64,000 nt of DNA, taken from contig JBBTCT010000015.1 of NCBI GenBank assembly GCA_038060895.1, positions 32,001 to 96,000 on the forward strand, in the 5' to 3' direction. Source of the DNA: Planctomycetota bacterium. Its GTDB lineage: Bacteria > Planctomycetota > MHYJ01 > WSZJ01. Of the stretch, positions 44,072 through 54,255 are shown in pieces (positions within the stretch are counted from its first letter, which is position 1; each line of letters begins with the position of its first letter). The notes under the pieces are model-generated. The model searched no databases. It was not told the origin of the DNA and saw only the letters and a list, made by a program, of their open reading frames with translations. Made by a program: the position numbers and the translations under genes.

Positions 44072-45520
44072 TTCGAACCACCAGCTCAACCGGAATTTAG
44101 CCGCGCGCGGCCAGTCGCTCCTGCCGCCGTCTTCTCCCTCGCGCGCCGCCAGCGCCGCATAGAGCGGCTTCGCCTCGTCTCTCTTCCCGGACTGCTCGAG
44201 CGCCCAGGCGTCGCGCATCGCCTTCTCGCGGTCCCGTTCGCGGGCGACCGGCGGGTAGTCGTCGGTGAACCTCGCGACGGTCTCGGCGTACTGTTTCTTC
44301 TGCGCCCACGGCCACTTCGCGTACGCCTCGAGGAGCGCCTTCTGGCGTCTGAGCTGGAACGGGCTCGGCACCGCCTCCGTTTTCGCGGCGTCCGCGAGCA
44401 GCTTGTCGAGGCGCGGCAGCTCCGCCTGGGCGAATTTCTGCAGCTCGGTGCGAAGGGCAAGGACGGCTTTCTTGTCGGCGAGCGTGACTTTGCGATCGAG
44501 CTCGATCTCGGCTATGCGCGCGACGGCGTCGGGCCAGCGGTCCTGCGCGAGAAGCGCCGTGACTTCCTTCACGTACTTGTCTTCGCTCTTCGAGAGCACG
44601 AGAGGCTCGGGCTGCGGTGCCGCGACCCCGCTGGCGGGCGGATAGGGGAGCGAGCCGGGACCGCCGAGGTCGTTGATGGCGTCGCGCGTGATCTGGAGGC
44701 AGCGGAAATTGACGTCATGCCCCATTTTCGGGATCTCGTGGTAGAGCACCGGCAGGCCCCAGTTCGCCAGCACGTTCGCGTAGTGACGGACTGCGGGAAG
44801 CACTTCGAAATTCCCCGCCTTCTCCGTCTCCAGCTCGCCGACGGTGCAGAACGTCGGGATCGGGGGCATCGTTTCCTTCTTTCCGGCGCCTCCGCTCGAG
44901 TAGAGGAAGAGGGCGCGGAACGGAAACGTCGCCGGGTCCTCTTTCCACCAGTCCACTGCCCACCCGCTCGACCACGCCGTTCCCCACGAAAAACCGCCGA
45001 CGAACACGCGATCCGGGTCCACCGGCTGCTCCCTCATCGTTTTCTCGAGCAGCCACCGGCATCCCTTGATGACGACATCCGGTTTCGCGAGCGTCGGCAG
45101 CCCCATCTTTCCCGTCCCGTCCGCCTGCAGCTCCTGGTACTGCACCCCGATCACGATCACCGGGTCGCGCTCGGTCGTGATCTGCGCCAGCACGCCGACG
45201 CGACCCTTGCCGCGATCGCCGTTCCCGTGAAACACGAACATCAGCGCGTACCGTTTCGACTTGTCGAGGTTCTTCGGAAGCGACAGGTACCCCGTCATCT
45301 TCTCGCACCCCGGTTCCTCGATGTTCAGCTCGGAGAAGTCCGAGGGCCCCTTTACGACCGGGTTCGCTTCGCCGCCGCCCAGCCGGGATTGGGGGAGGAA
45401 CTTTGCGGCGTCCGTCGCGGCGCGATCGCGAACGCGCGCGCCGGCTTCCGGCGCAGGATCCTCCGCGAAAGAGGCGAGGGCGGACAGAAGCGCTGCAAGG
45501 GCGGGGAACGGTGCACGCAT
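44063..45520 (-). CDS. Secreted alpha/beta-hydrolase-fold protein
   Basis: Signal peptide; FHGNG, DPDRVFVGGFSWG (GxSxG), MGHD; helical C-terminus. Confidence 0.75.
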   Translation of the reverse strand: MRAPFPALAALLSALASFAEDPAPEAGARVRDRAATDAAKFLPQSRLGGGEANPVVKGPSDFSELNIEEPGCEKMTGYLSLPKNLDKSKRYALMFVFHGNGDRGKGRVGVLAQITTERDPVIVIGVQYQELQADGTGKMGLPTLAKPDVVIKGCRWLLEKTMREQPVDPDRVFVGGFSWGTAWSSGWAVDWWKEDPATFPFRALFLYSSGGAGKKETMPPIPTFCTVGELETEKAGNFEVLPAVRHYANVLANWGLPVLYHEIPKMGHDVNFRCLQITRDAINDLGGPGSLPYPPASGVAAPQPEPLVLSKSEDKYVKEVTALLAQDRWPDAVARIAEIELDRKVTLADKKAVLALRTELQKFAQAELPRLDKLLADAAKTEAVPSPFQLRRQKALLEAYAKWPWAQKKQYAETVARFTDDYPPVARERDREKAMRDAWALEQSGKRDEAKPLYAALAAREGEDGGRSDWPRAAKFRLSWWFESK

Positions 45521-45632
45521 GACAAGTCCTCCCGGGAAAGTCGTCGCAGTCTAGCGACTCGCGGGCGTTTCGGACGCGCATCAATGGAACGGGCGCGGAC
45601 TCCCGGGGGGAGGCCCGCGCCCGAACGTGACC

Positions 45633-46181
45633 TTACTTCAGGTCGTCGATTCCTTCTTCTTCCGCATCCGTGGTTTCCTCCCCGCCGCAACCACGCTCGT
45701 CCACGCCGTCGTCCTTCCGCGGCTCCTCCTTGGCGCCTCCGTCGCGCCTGACTTCCGGCTTGCGGACGCTGCCGCCCTCCGGCTTCTTCACCGCGTCCTT
45801 GACGGTCTTCCGGGCTCTTTCCATCTCCTCCTGCATCCGCTTCTTCGCCTCTTCGACCTTCTTCAGGAAATCTCGCTTGAACGCCCCAGGATCGACCTTT
45901 CCACCGCCGGCCGCGGGCTTGCGACCCTCAACCTTCGCGCCGCCATCTTTCACTTCGACCTGCACGTCGGCGGAAGCCTCGGCCTTGGCTTCGGCCTTCG
46001 CTTCCGCACTGGCGTCCGCCTTCGCCTCGGCCTTCCCCTCGTCGTGCGCTTCCTTGTGGTCTTCCGCGTGGGCTACCTTGTGATCCTCCTTCTTGACCTC
46101 CTTGCGGACTACTTTGTCCTCGGCGCGGGCGACGGAAGCGGCGAGGAGTCCTGCGATGGCGAGAGCGATGGCGAAGCGCAT
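45633..46181 (-). CDS. Secreted charged low-complexity protein
   Basis: SD AGGAGG; signal peptide ending ARA; AEAKA repeats. Confidence 0.75.
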   Translation of the reverse strand: MRFAIALAIAGLLAASVARAEDKVVRKEVKKEDHKVAHAEDHKEAHDEGKAEAKADASAEAKAEAKAEASADVQVEVKDGGAKVEGRKPAAGGGKVDPGAFKRDFLKKVEEAKKRMQEEMERARKTVKDAVKKPEGGSVRKPEVRRDGGAKEEPRKDDGVDERGCGGEETTDAEEEGIDDLK

Positions 46182-46293
46182 GTCAATCCTCCTGGTTAGG
46201 TTTCGGGGCTTTTCTCGGAGCAAAGTTGGATACGACGGTCGAAGGGAAGGGCTCCCGGGAATCTGGATGGAATTCCGTGGAAATTGACAGTTC

Positions 46294-46322
46294 CGTAAGT
46301 TGTTTCTCCCCAATGAGTTAGG
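46294..46322. promoter_or_regulatory. 29-bp semi-palindromic motif, copy 2
   Basis: CGTAAGTTGT-N8-AAT-N3-TTAGG. Confidence 0.45.
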
Positions 46323-46390
46323 AAGTGACGCATCGGGCGACTGAAACCGATCCGGGCATTCTGCGGCTTCCGGCGTATACATTCCCGGTG

Positions 46391-47026
46391 ATGCCCGAAC
46401 TCATTCCCGGCGGCGAAACCGTCCCTCTTGACTGGGCGTCCGAGCCCGACGAGCTGCTCATGCTCCGGGTTCAGTCCGGGGACACGCGCGCGCTCGAACT
46501 GCTGATCCAGCGCTGGTCCCCACGCCTGGCCGGCCTGTTCTACAGGCTCACGGGCGATCCCCACGCGGGAGACGACCTCCTCCAGGAGACCTTCCTTCGC
46601 GTCTGGGCCTCACGCGACTCGTTCCGCCGCGACGCTCGCTTCTCGCCGTGGATTCACACCATCGCGCGCAACCTGGCCACCGACCGTGCGAAGAGCCGCA
46701 GCCGCAAACCGTTCCATCGCGCGCTGAACGTGACCGGAGCGCCCGGCAGCAACACGACGCTGCTCGGCAAGATTCCCGACCACGCGACGACGCCCTTCGC
46801 CGCGGCGTCGCGCCTCGAACTGCTGGCGAAACTCGATGAGGCTCTTCGCGCCGTCCCGGAGCCGTACCGTGAGGCCGTGGTCCTCTGCGACCTCCAGCAC
46901 CTCAGTTACGACGACGCGGCCCAGGTCATCGGCGTCCCCGCGAAGACCGTCAGCTCCCGCCTCGCACGCGGGCGCGAGCACCTGCGCAACGCGCTGAGCG
47001 CATTCAGGAGCGGCCCCCTCCCATGA
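46391..47026 (+). CDS. ECF RNA polymerase sigma factor
   Basis: DDLLQETFLRVW, FSPWIHTIARN, LSYDDAA..TVSSRLARGR. Confidence 0.93.
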   Translation: MPELIPGGETVPLDWASEPDELLMLRVQSGDTRALELLIQRWSPRLAGLFYRLTGDPHAGDDLLQETFLRVWASRDSFRRDARFSPWIHTIARNLATDRAKSRSRKPFHRALNVTGAPGSNTTLLGKIPDHATTPFAAASRLELLAKLDEALRAVPEPYREAVVLCDLQHLSYDDAAQVIGVPAKTVSSRLARGREHLRNALSAFRSGPLP

Positions 47027-47796
47027 ACTGCAACCAAGCCCGGGACGCCCTTTCGGCTCTTCTCGACAACGCGCTGACGTCCGATGAAGCGCGTGCCGCC
47101 GAGGAACATGCCGCCTCGTGCGCGGCCTGCCGGGCGCTGAGGAAGGAGCTTGCGGAGGTGCGGCAGCTGTTGCGCGGAATCGACGACGCCGACGAGCCGC
47201 CCGGGCTTGCGGCGAGCGTGGGTCGCGACGTGATGGCCAGCATTCTCGGCCGCCCTCCCGGCGCGAAACCGGCCGCTTCCCGCTCCGCCGACGGTGGTGC
47301 ACGCGCCATCGCGTGGACCGCGGCCGGCATTTCAGCGCTGGCACTGGCCGCCGCGGCGACGTGGGCGGTGTGGGAAAGTTCGAAGCGCGAAGAGAAGCGC
47401 GAGGAGCGCCCTGCGATTCCGGCCCCCGCGACCGGCGCTGCGCCCACCGATACACCGGTCAAGCCGGAGCCGGACCCCGTGCGCCCGGATCCTCCTCCTG
47501 TAAAGCCTGACCCGCCTCCTGTGAAGCCGCCGCGCCCCGCGCCGACGCATCACGGACACCTCGAGGTCCGGGCGACCGATGCCGCCACGCGCGACGCCGT
47601 CCGCGACCTGTTCCGCAGGTGGCACGGCACGTTTTCCGCCTCGGAACCCGACGTGAACGGCATGAGCGCGCTCCTGGTGGATTTCGAAGGGTCGGCCGGA
47701 GATGCAGCCGACGGCTTCGAAAAACTCCTCCGCGAATTTCAGCGCGAGCACGGGGCTTCGCTTCGCTATTGGAACTACTCGTCCGAGACGAGGTGA
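47023..47796 (+). CDS. zf-HC2 (ZAS) anti-sigma factor
   Basis: MNC..LSALLD..HAASCAAC, a TM segment and a Pro-rich linker. Coupled to the sigma gene. Confidence 0.88.
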   Translation: MNCNQARDALSALLDNALTSDEARAAEEHAASCAACRALRKELAEVRQLLRGIDDADEPPGLAASVGRDVMASILGRPPGAKPAASRSADGGARAIAWTAAGISALALAAAATWAVWESSKREEKREERPAIPAPATGAAPTDTPVKPEPDPVRPDPPPVKPDPPPVKPPRPAPTHHGHLEVRATDAATRDAVRDLFRRWHGTFSASEPDVNGMSALLVDFEGSAGDAADGFEKLLREFQREHGASLRYWNYSSETR

Positions 47797-47824
47797 AGCG
47801 GGCGTCCTCGCGTAGACTGCGCGG

Positions 47825-49255
47825 GTGCCCGAGAATCCAATCGGCCAGATCGCCGTCGAATCCGGACTCATCTCCGCCGAACAGCGCGACGCCGCGCTGA
47901 AAATCCAGGCCGACCTTCGCACGCAGGACCTGTACATGCGCGTCGGCGAAATTCTCGCGCGCCGGACCCTCCTCCAGCCCTCGCAGGTCCGCGAACTCCT
48001 CGAGAAACAGGGACTCGCCCTCGTCCGCTGCCGCTTCTGCGGGAAGCAGTACAACGCCCGCAACTGGTCGGCCGGCCGCGGCCGTTGCCCCTGCGGGGGC
48101 GACCTGGATCTCGCGCCGCCGGAAGCGCCGCTCTCGGTTTCCGGCAACGCCGCGATGGCGAAGGTTGACGACTCCGGGCCCGACAAGCCGCCGCCCGCCG
48201 TCGGATCGCTTCGCGGCCGCTACTTCGGCAAGTACCCGCTCCTCGAGGAACTCGGCCGCGGCGCCATGGGTCTCGTCTACAAGGCCCACGATCCCGCCCT
48301 CGGCCGCCCGATCGCCATCAAGGTTCTCATCGACGCCGGCACGCCCGACGAAAGCGCGAAACGCCGGCACCAGTTCCTGCAGGAAGCGCGCTCTGCCGCA
48401 AAGCTGCGCCACCCGTCGATCGTCGCCGTCCACGAGGTCGGCCAGTCCGAGGGCTCGGGCTACTTCACCATGGACTTCATCGACGGCGCTCCGCTGTCGG
48501 CCCTGATCAAGGAGGAACAGGATCACGGCCGGCCGCTCGCGTTCGAGAATTCCGAGAAACCGCTTCCCCACGTCATCGAATGGATGCACGACGTCGCCCT
48601 CGCGCTTCAGCACGCTCACCAGGCCGGCCTGCTGCACTGCGACGTGAAGCCGGGCAACATCCTGATCGACCGGCGCAACAAGGCGCTGCTCTCCGATTTT
48701 TCCGCCGCGCGCGGCGTTCGCTTCAACAAGGGCGATCCGAATTCGAAACGCGTCCTGGGAACGCTTCTCTACATGGCGCCCGAGCAGGCCAGGGGCGCAG
48801 CGAAGGAAGTCGGGATCGCCAGCGACCTCTGGGCGTGCGGGGCGGTTCTGTTCGTGTTGCTGACAGGGAAGCGGCCCTTCGGGGGCGAGACGGCGATCGA
48901 CATCCGGCGTTCGATCGTGACGAAGCCGGCGGCGGCGCCGCGTTCGCTCAACCCGCGGATCCCGAAGGATCTCGAGGGAATCGTGGTGAAGTGCCTGCAA
49001 AAGGATCCGAAGCTGCGCTACGAATCGGCGAAAGACCTTGCGGACGATCTGCAGCGGTACCTGGACGGGAAACCGGTCGCTGCCCCTGTGTTCAAGGAGG
49101 CGCCGTCCGGGCCGCCGGTGTGGAAAGACAGGAAGGTCTGGGTTGCGGTGGCGATCGGAGTGGTGTTGATTGCGGGGATGATCGGGTTTGGTTGGGTGAT
49201 GAAGAAAGCCGGAGGCAGGAAGGACAGGTATGAGGTTCCCGAGGAGCAGCGGTGA
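47825..49255 (+). CDS. Membrane-anchored Ser/Thr protein kinase with Zn-ribbon N-terminus
   Basis: CRFC..CPCG, GRGAMG, IAIK, HCDVKPGN, DFS, GTLLYMAPEQ, C-terminal TM. Confidence 0.9.
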   Translation: MPENPIGQIAVESGLISAEQRDAALKIQADLRTQDLYMRVGEILARRTLLQPSQVRELLEKQGLALVRCRFCGKQYNARNWSAGRGRCPCGGDLDLAPPEAPLSVSGNAAMAKVDDSGPDKPPPAVGSLRGRYFGKYPLLEELGRGAMGLVYKAHDPALGRPIAIKVLIDAGTPDESAKRRHQFLQEARSAAKLRHPSIVAVHEVGQSEGSGYFTMDFIDGAPLSALIKEEQDHGRPLAFENSEKPLPHVIEWMHDVALALQHAHQAGLLHCDVKPGNILIDRRNKALLSDFSAARGVRFNKGDPNSKRVLGTLLYMAPEQARGAAKEVGIASDLWACGAVLFVLLTGKRPFGGETAIDIRRSIVTKPAAAPRSLNPRIPKDLEGIVVKCLQKDPKLRYESAKDLADDLQRYLDGKPVAAPVFKEAPSGPPVWKDRKVWVAVAIGVVLIAGMIGFGWVMKKAGGRKDRYEVPEEQR

Positions 49256-49306
49256 GAAGCCCTTGCCGCTCCCTCCGCTCGCTACCATAATCCGCCCCCC
49301 CGACTC

Positions 49307-49771
49307 ATGCCCAACACCCTTCGCCCGGCGCAGGACGGAAAAGGCAAGCGCTTCGCCATCGCTGCCGCGCTCTTCAACGAGGAGATCGTCAAATCTCTCG
49401 TCGATGCCGCGGTGAAGACGCTGGAAGCGCGCGGCGTCGCGACGGACGACATCTGCATCGCGTGGGTTCCGGGTTCGTTCGAGCTGCCGCTGGCGGCGCA
49501 GAAATTCGCGAAGACGGGCCGGTACGCCGCCGTGATCTGCCTGGGAGTGCTCGTCAAGGGGCAGACGCGCCACGACGAAGTCGTCTGCGACGCCGCCGCG
49601 CGCGGCATCTCCGAGGTCTCACTCGATACCGGCGTCCCCTGCGCCTTCGGGGTCATCACGGCCCCTTCCCGCCAGCACGCCCTCGACCGCGCCGGCTCCG
49701 AGATCAATCGCGGCGCCGAGGCCGCTGAAGCCGCGCTCGAAATGGCCGACGTCCTCCCGAGGATCGAATGA
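49307..49771 (+). CDS. ribH: 6,7-dimethyl-8-ribityllumazine synthase
   Basis: FNEEIV, VPGSFELP, ICLGVLVKGQTRH, FGVIT. Confidence 0.95.
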   Translation: MPNTLRPAQDGKGKRFAIAAALFNEEIVKSLVDAAVKTLEARGVATDDICIAWVPGSFELPLAAQKFAKTGRYAAVICLGVLVKGQTRHDEVVCDAAARGISEVSLDTGVPCAFGVITAPSRQHALDRAGSEINRGAEAAEAALEMADVLPRIE

Positions 49772-50217
49772 GGCGTCGCACCCAGTCACGCCGCCTCGCA
49801 CTTCAGTGGCTGTACAAATCCGACCTCACGGGCGATTGGGAAGCGTCGGATCTGGAGACGTACCTGGGGCTGCGGGGGGATCCGGAAGAGGTGCGGAAGC
49901 TGGCGAGGGACATCGTCGAGGGTGTGGTCGCGAAGAAGGGAAAACTCGACGCCGAGATCACGCGCATCGCCGAGAACTGGGACATCAGCCGGATGGCCAC
50001 GATTGACCGCAACGTCATCCGCCTCGCGGCGTGGGAACTGATTTTCACGGACACTCCGGGGCCCGTGATCCTGAACGAGGCGGTCGAGCTGGCGAAGGCG
50101 TTCTCAACGGAGAATTCCGGCGCCTTCGTGAACGGGATCCTGGACCGCATCCGGCCGGAGAGAGAGAAGATCCGGGCCGAAATGGACGTAGACCTCAAAG
50201 ACAAGGAGAAGGAGTAG
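49768..50217 (+). CDS. nusB: Transcription antitermination factor NusB
   Basis: RRTQSRRLALQWLY, IDRNVIRLA, NEAVELAK, FVNGILD. Confidence 0.95.
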   Translation: MRRRTQSRRLALQWLYKSDLTGDWEASDLETYLGLRGDPEEVRKLARDIVEGVVAKKGKLDAEITRIAENWDISRMATIDRNVIRLAAWELIFTDTPGPVILNEAVELAKAFSTENSGAFVNGILDRIRPEREKIRAEMDVDLKDKEKE

Positions 50218-50262
50218 GAGGAGAGCCTGTTCCTTTCTTCCTGCTGCTAAGATCGTTCTCGC

Positions 50263-51219
50263 ATGGGCCTCTTCGGCAAAGCGTTCGAAAAAATCAAGGC
50301 CGGCCTCGCGAAGACCAAGAAGGTCCTCACGACGCCGATCCAGGACCTGTTCGTCCTCACGCGGAAGCTCGACGAGGCTTTCATCGACGAGCTCGAGGAA
50401 ACGCTGATCACAGCGGACATCGGCGTGGCGACCGCGACGAAAATCATCGAAGACCTGAAGTTCAAGTACAAGCACAAGGAAATCATGGAAGTGCCGCAGG
50501 TGCATGCGTACCTGCAGGCCAGCCTGCTCAGGCAGCTTCAGTCGATTCCGAGGGCGGTCCGGTACGCGCCGTCGGGCCCGACCGTCATCCTGATTGCCGG
50601 CGTGAACGGGACGGGGAAGACCACTTCCGTCGCGAAACTTGCCCACTGGTTCCACGCCGAAGGCAAGAAAGTGATTCTCGGCGCGTGCGACACTTTCCGC
50701 GCGGCGGCGATCGAGCAGCTGACGATCTGGTCGGGTCGTCTCGGGGTGGAGATCGTGAAGCACCAGATGAACGCGGATCCTGCCGCGGTGGCGTTCGACG
50801 CTGTCGAAGCGGCGATCGCGCGGAAGGCGGACGTTCTGCTGATCGACACGGCGGGGCGGCTGCATACGAAACAGAATCTCATGACGGAGCTCGGGAAAAT
50901 CCGGCGCGTGATCCAGAAGAAGCTGCCGGAAGCGCCGCACGAGACCTGGCTCGTCCTGGACGCGACGACGGGCCAGAACGCCGTGAACCAGGCCAGGGCG
51001 TTCAACGAGACTCTTCAGGTGACCGGGCTCGTGCTGGCGAAGCTCGACGGCACGGCAAAGGGCGGCGTGGTGATCGCGATCGAGGAACAGCTCAAGCTAC
51101 CCGTGAAATTCGTCGGCGTCGGCGAGCAGATCGAGGACGTGGAGATCTTTGAACCGGAAGCCTTCGTGAAGGCGCTGCTGGACCTCGACAAAACAGAAGC
51201 GTCTGCGGCGGCGAAGTGA
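50263..51219 (+). CDS. ftsY: SRP receptor FtsY
   Basis: GVNGTGKTT, DTFRAAA, DTAGRLH, KLDGTAKGG, GVGE. Confidence 0.96.
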   Translation: MGLFGKAFEKIKAGLAKTKKVLTTPIQDLFVLTRKLDEAFIDELEETLITADIGVATATKIIEDLKFKYKHKEIMEVPQVHAYLQASLLRQLQSIPRAVRYAPSGPTVILIAGVNGTGKTTSVAKLAHWFHAEGKKVILGACDTFRAAAIEQLTIWSGRLGVEIVKHQMNADPAAVAFDAVEAAIARKADVLLIDTAGRLHTKQNLMTELGKIRRVIQKKLPEAPHETWLVLDATTGQNAVNQARAFNETLQVTGLVLAKLDGTAKGGVVIAIEEQLKLPVKFVGVGEQIEDVEIFEPEAFVKALLDLDKTEASAAAK

Positions 51220-51273
51220 CGGAGCCGCGCGCCATGACCACAGCGGCCCTTCCCGGTGTATCTTAGAGCGCGA

Positions 51274-52614
51274 ATGAGTCCGATCTCCGCCCGCTTCCTG
51301 CCCTCGCTGCTGCTCTGCGCCGCCGCGGCGCTGGCGTCCGCGGAAACGCCGAAAGTCGAAATCGGCGGGTCGCACGACGACGAGACGTTTCGAAAAGAGG
51401 CGCGCGGGGCGCTGCGCCACGCGTTTCCGGTTTTTTGCGAACTGGGCGGCGTGAAGCTGGAAAAGGATGCGCCCTACGTGCTCAACGTGTACCGGCTGCG
51501 CGACGAATACCTTAAGGCCGACCGCGAGCTCAACGGCGGGCGCTTCGCGAACAACGGCGGATTCTTCTCGGTCGATACCGGCGAGGCGCACCTGCTCATG
51601 GCCCCGAGGGTGGACCCGGAGTTCACGGGGCGCGTCCCGCTTACCGAGCGCATGCGCACGCTCATCGTCCATGAGACCTCGCACATGTTCTGGCGGCGCC
51701 ACGTCCCCTGGTATCCCGGCGCGCCCCAGTGGGCGCTCGAGGGCATGGCGGAATACTGCGCGGAAAGGGAAATCGGGAAGGACGCCCTGTTCGGGATCTA
51801 CTTCTCGACGGGAATGCACGCCCTGCGCCGCGCGATCGCTTCCGGCCGGCTCGTGCCGCTCGAGGACGTCGTCGCGATGGACCTCTCGGCGCAACCGGAC
51901 GCGTTTCTTCGCGACCTTTACTACCGGGAGTCGTGGGCGCTGGTGAAGTGGCTGGTTGAGACGAAACCGGAGGCGTGGGCGGCGCTCGTGCGCGATTTCG
52001 AGGGAGTCTCGGACCGCGAAGAGGCCGCGGCCCGCGGCAGGACGTTTTTCGCAAAGAGGGTCGGCGCTCCGCGAGAGGTCCAGAAGGCGTGGACGGACTG
52101 GATTGACGGGCTTGCGATCGGGAACTGGGAGATGAAGTACGGGGATTGGCGGCTGGACGCCGGCGAGATGGAAGGCACCGCCTACCCGAATACCGGGTCC
52201 GCCATCCTCAACGAGCAGGATCTGAAAGGGAACGCAGCGGTTCAGGCGGAGGTCTGGATCCAGGATCTCGCCAACGGCCAGGCCGACATCGTGATCGGTG
52301 CGTGGGATGACCGCGCGCGCAACATGGTGAAAGTCGCGTTCATGAAGTCGGGGATGACCGCCCTGCTCGTGCTGAAGGAAGATCGATGGGAGCGCGCGGC
52401 TTTCTCGCAGAGCGCGCCGGTCGCCATCCCCGCAGAGACATGGAAAGCCGTCAGGGTCGAAATCGAGGGCCGCACCGTCCGGGCGCTCGTGGACGACAAG
52501 CCCGTGCTCGAGCACCAGATCGCCGACGAGGACGTCCGGCTCGACGGGCGATGGGGATTCGGGAATTACGACAGCTCCGTCCGGTTCCGCCGCTGGAAGG
52601 TCGAAATGAAATGA
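51274..52614 (+). CDS. Secreted gluzincin-type metallopeptidase domain plus C-terminal lectin-like beta-sandwich
   Basis: HETSH..W..EGMAEY; C-terminal W..VRVEIEG..VRALVDD..GRWGF. Confidence 0.7.
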   Translation: MSPISARFLPSLLLCAAAALASAETPKVEIGGSHDDETFRKEARGALRHAFPVFCELGGVKLEKDAPYVLNVYRLRDEYLKADRELNGGRFANNGGFFSVDTGEAHLLMAPRVDPEFTGRVPLTERMRTLIVHETSHMFWRRHVPWYPGAPQWALEGMAEYCAEREIGKDALFGIYFSTGMHALRRAIASGRLVPLEDVVAMDLSAQPDAFLRDLYYRESWALVKWLVETKPEAWAALVRDFEGVSDREEAAARGRTFFAKRVGAPREVQKAWTDWIDGLAIGNWEMKYGDWRLDAGEMEGTAYPNTGSAILNEQDLKGNAAVQAEVWIQDLANGQADIVIGAWDDRARNMVKVAFMKSGMTALLVLKEDRWERAAFSQSAPVAIPAETWKAVRVEIEGRTVRALVDDKPVLEHQIADEDVRLDGRWGFGNYDSSVRFRRWKVEMK

Positions 52615-53324
52615 GCTCGACCGCCACGAAGGTCGTCGAGACGCTGCTGGCCGCATTCGGCCCGCAGAAGTGGTGGCCCGCTGAAACGCCCTTTGAAGTC
52701 TGCGTCGGAGCGATTCTTGCACAGAATACGAGCTGGAAAAACGTCGAGCTGGCGATCGGGAATTTGAAGCGGATTGCCGTGGCAGAGTCGGGAGCCAGTA
52801 GTCGGGAGTCGGGAGAGAACGGACTTACCGCAGAGTTGATTGTCAGCCTGGGCCTGGCCAGATTGGAAACGGTCATCAAGCCTGCCGGCACCTTCAGGGT
52901 GAAGGCGAAACGCCTCATGCGCTTCTGCAAGTGGCTGCACGAAGAACATGGCGGGTCCATCGAGGGGCTGTTCGATCGCGCCGCGGAGCCGCTGCGCGAC
53001 ATGTTGCTCGAGGTCCAGGGTATCGGGCCTGAAACGGCGGACGCGATCGCCCTCTACGCTGCCGGCAAGGAGACGTTCGTCGCCGACTCTTACACGCACC
53101 GGATTCTCGCCCGCCACGGATGGCTCGACTGGGAGTCGGGATACGACGACGTGCGCGGCTGGTGGATGGACGCTCTTCCGCGCGACGCCGCGCTCTATAA
53201 CGAGGCCCACGCGCTTCTCGTCAAGACCGCCAAGGAATACTGCAAGGCCAGGCCGAAGTGTGACGGGTGCCCGCTTCAGCAGATGCTTCCCGACGGCGGC
53301 CCGCGGGAGCGTGAGCGATGGTAA
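52611..53324 (+). CDS. Endonuclease III-related HhH-GPD protein
   Basis: WWPAETPFEV, ILAQNTSW, GIGPETAD, ADSYT.RI, YC..RPKCDGCPL. Confidence 0.9.
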   Translation: MSSTATKVVETLLAAFGPQKWWPAETPFEVCVGAILAQNTSWKNVELAIGNLKRIAVAESGASSRESGENGLTAELIVSLGLARLETVIKPAGTFRVKAKRLMRFCKWLHEEHGGSIEGLFDRAAEPLRDMLLEVQGIGPETADAIALYAAGKETFVADSYTHRILARHGWLDWESGYDDVRGWWMDALPRDAALYNEAHALLVKTAKEYCKARPKCDGCPLQQMLPDGGPRERERW

Positions 53325-54232
53325 AGGGACGGGTCGTGCGGATTGTCGGGAACGAGTTCCACGTCGAGACCGAGACGGCGATGCTCCGGTGCAGCCTGAC
53401 GAACAAGGTGCGCCGCTCGAAGGATGGGGCGAACAAGCCGGCGGCGGTCGGCGACGAGGTCGAGGTCGAGCCGGGGGAGGCGGGCGAAGGGACTTTCCTG
53501 AAGACGCTTCCGAGAAAAACAAAACTCTGCCGGGCCAAGGGATCGCAGGGGCGGATTGAAGGCGTGCTGGTCGCAAATGCGGAGCAGGTGCTCGCGGTTT
53601 TTTCGGCGCGTTCGCCGGATCCGGATTTCCGCGCGGTCGACCGGGCGCTCGTCATGGGAGAGGCCGGCCGGATGAAATGTGCGATTGCGATCAACAAAAC
53701 GGACCTGGCGCCGCCGCCGCCCGAAGTCGCGGCGTACCGCGCGGCGGGGTATCCGGTGTTCGAGACCTCCGCGGTAGCGGGGAAGGGGCTCGACGAAGTG
53801 CGCGCGTGGATTGCCGGTACGACGACGGTGCTGATGGGCCCGAGCGGCGTCGGGAAATCCAGCCTGCTCAACGCGATCGATCCCGAATGGAAGCGGAAGA
53901 TCGGTGCGCTGTCCGAGAAGATCGAAGAAGGCCGGCACACGACGACGTGGGTCGAGATGCTGCCGCTTCCCGGCGGCGGCTGGATCGTGGACACGCCCGG
54001 GATCGAGTCGTTCGGATTGTGGGGGCTGGAATCGGCGGATCTCGCCGCGTATTACCCGGAGATGCGCCCGTTCGAGGGGAAGTGCAAGTACCGGGACTGC
54101 CGGCACGATTCGGAACCGGGGTGCGCGGTGAAGGCGGGGGTTGAGGCAGGCGCGATTTCGGTGAAGAGGTGGGAAGGGTACCTGGTGCTGCAGAGGGAGA
54201 TGGCGGCAGTGGAGAATGCGCCGAGAAGGTAA
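53318..54232 (+). CDS. rsgA: Ribosome small subunit-dependent GTPase A
   Basis: NKTDL, GPSGVGKSS, GRHTT, DTPG, CKYRDCRHDSEPGCAV. Confidence 0.95.
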   Translation: MVKGRVVRIVGNEFHVETETAMLRCSLTNKVRRSKDGANKPAAVGDEVEVEPGEAGEGTFLKTLPRKTKLCRAKGSQGRIEGVLVANAEQVLAVFSARSPDPDFRAVDRALVMGEAGRMKCAIAINKTDLAPPPPEVAAYRAAGYPVFETSAVAGKGLDEVRAWIAGTTTVLMGPSGVGKSSLLNAIDPEWKRKIGALSEKIEEGRHTTTWVEMLPLPGGGWIVDTPGIESFGLWGLESADLAAYYPEMRPFEGKCKYRDCRHDSEPGCAVKAGVEAGAISVKRWEGYLVLQREMAAVENAPRR

Positions 54233-54255
54233 GTGGAAGGAAGAAATGGGGTGAC

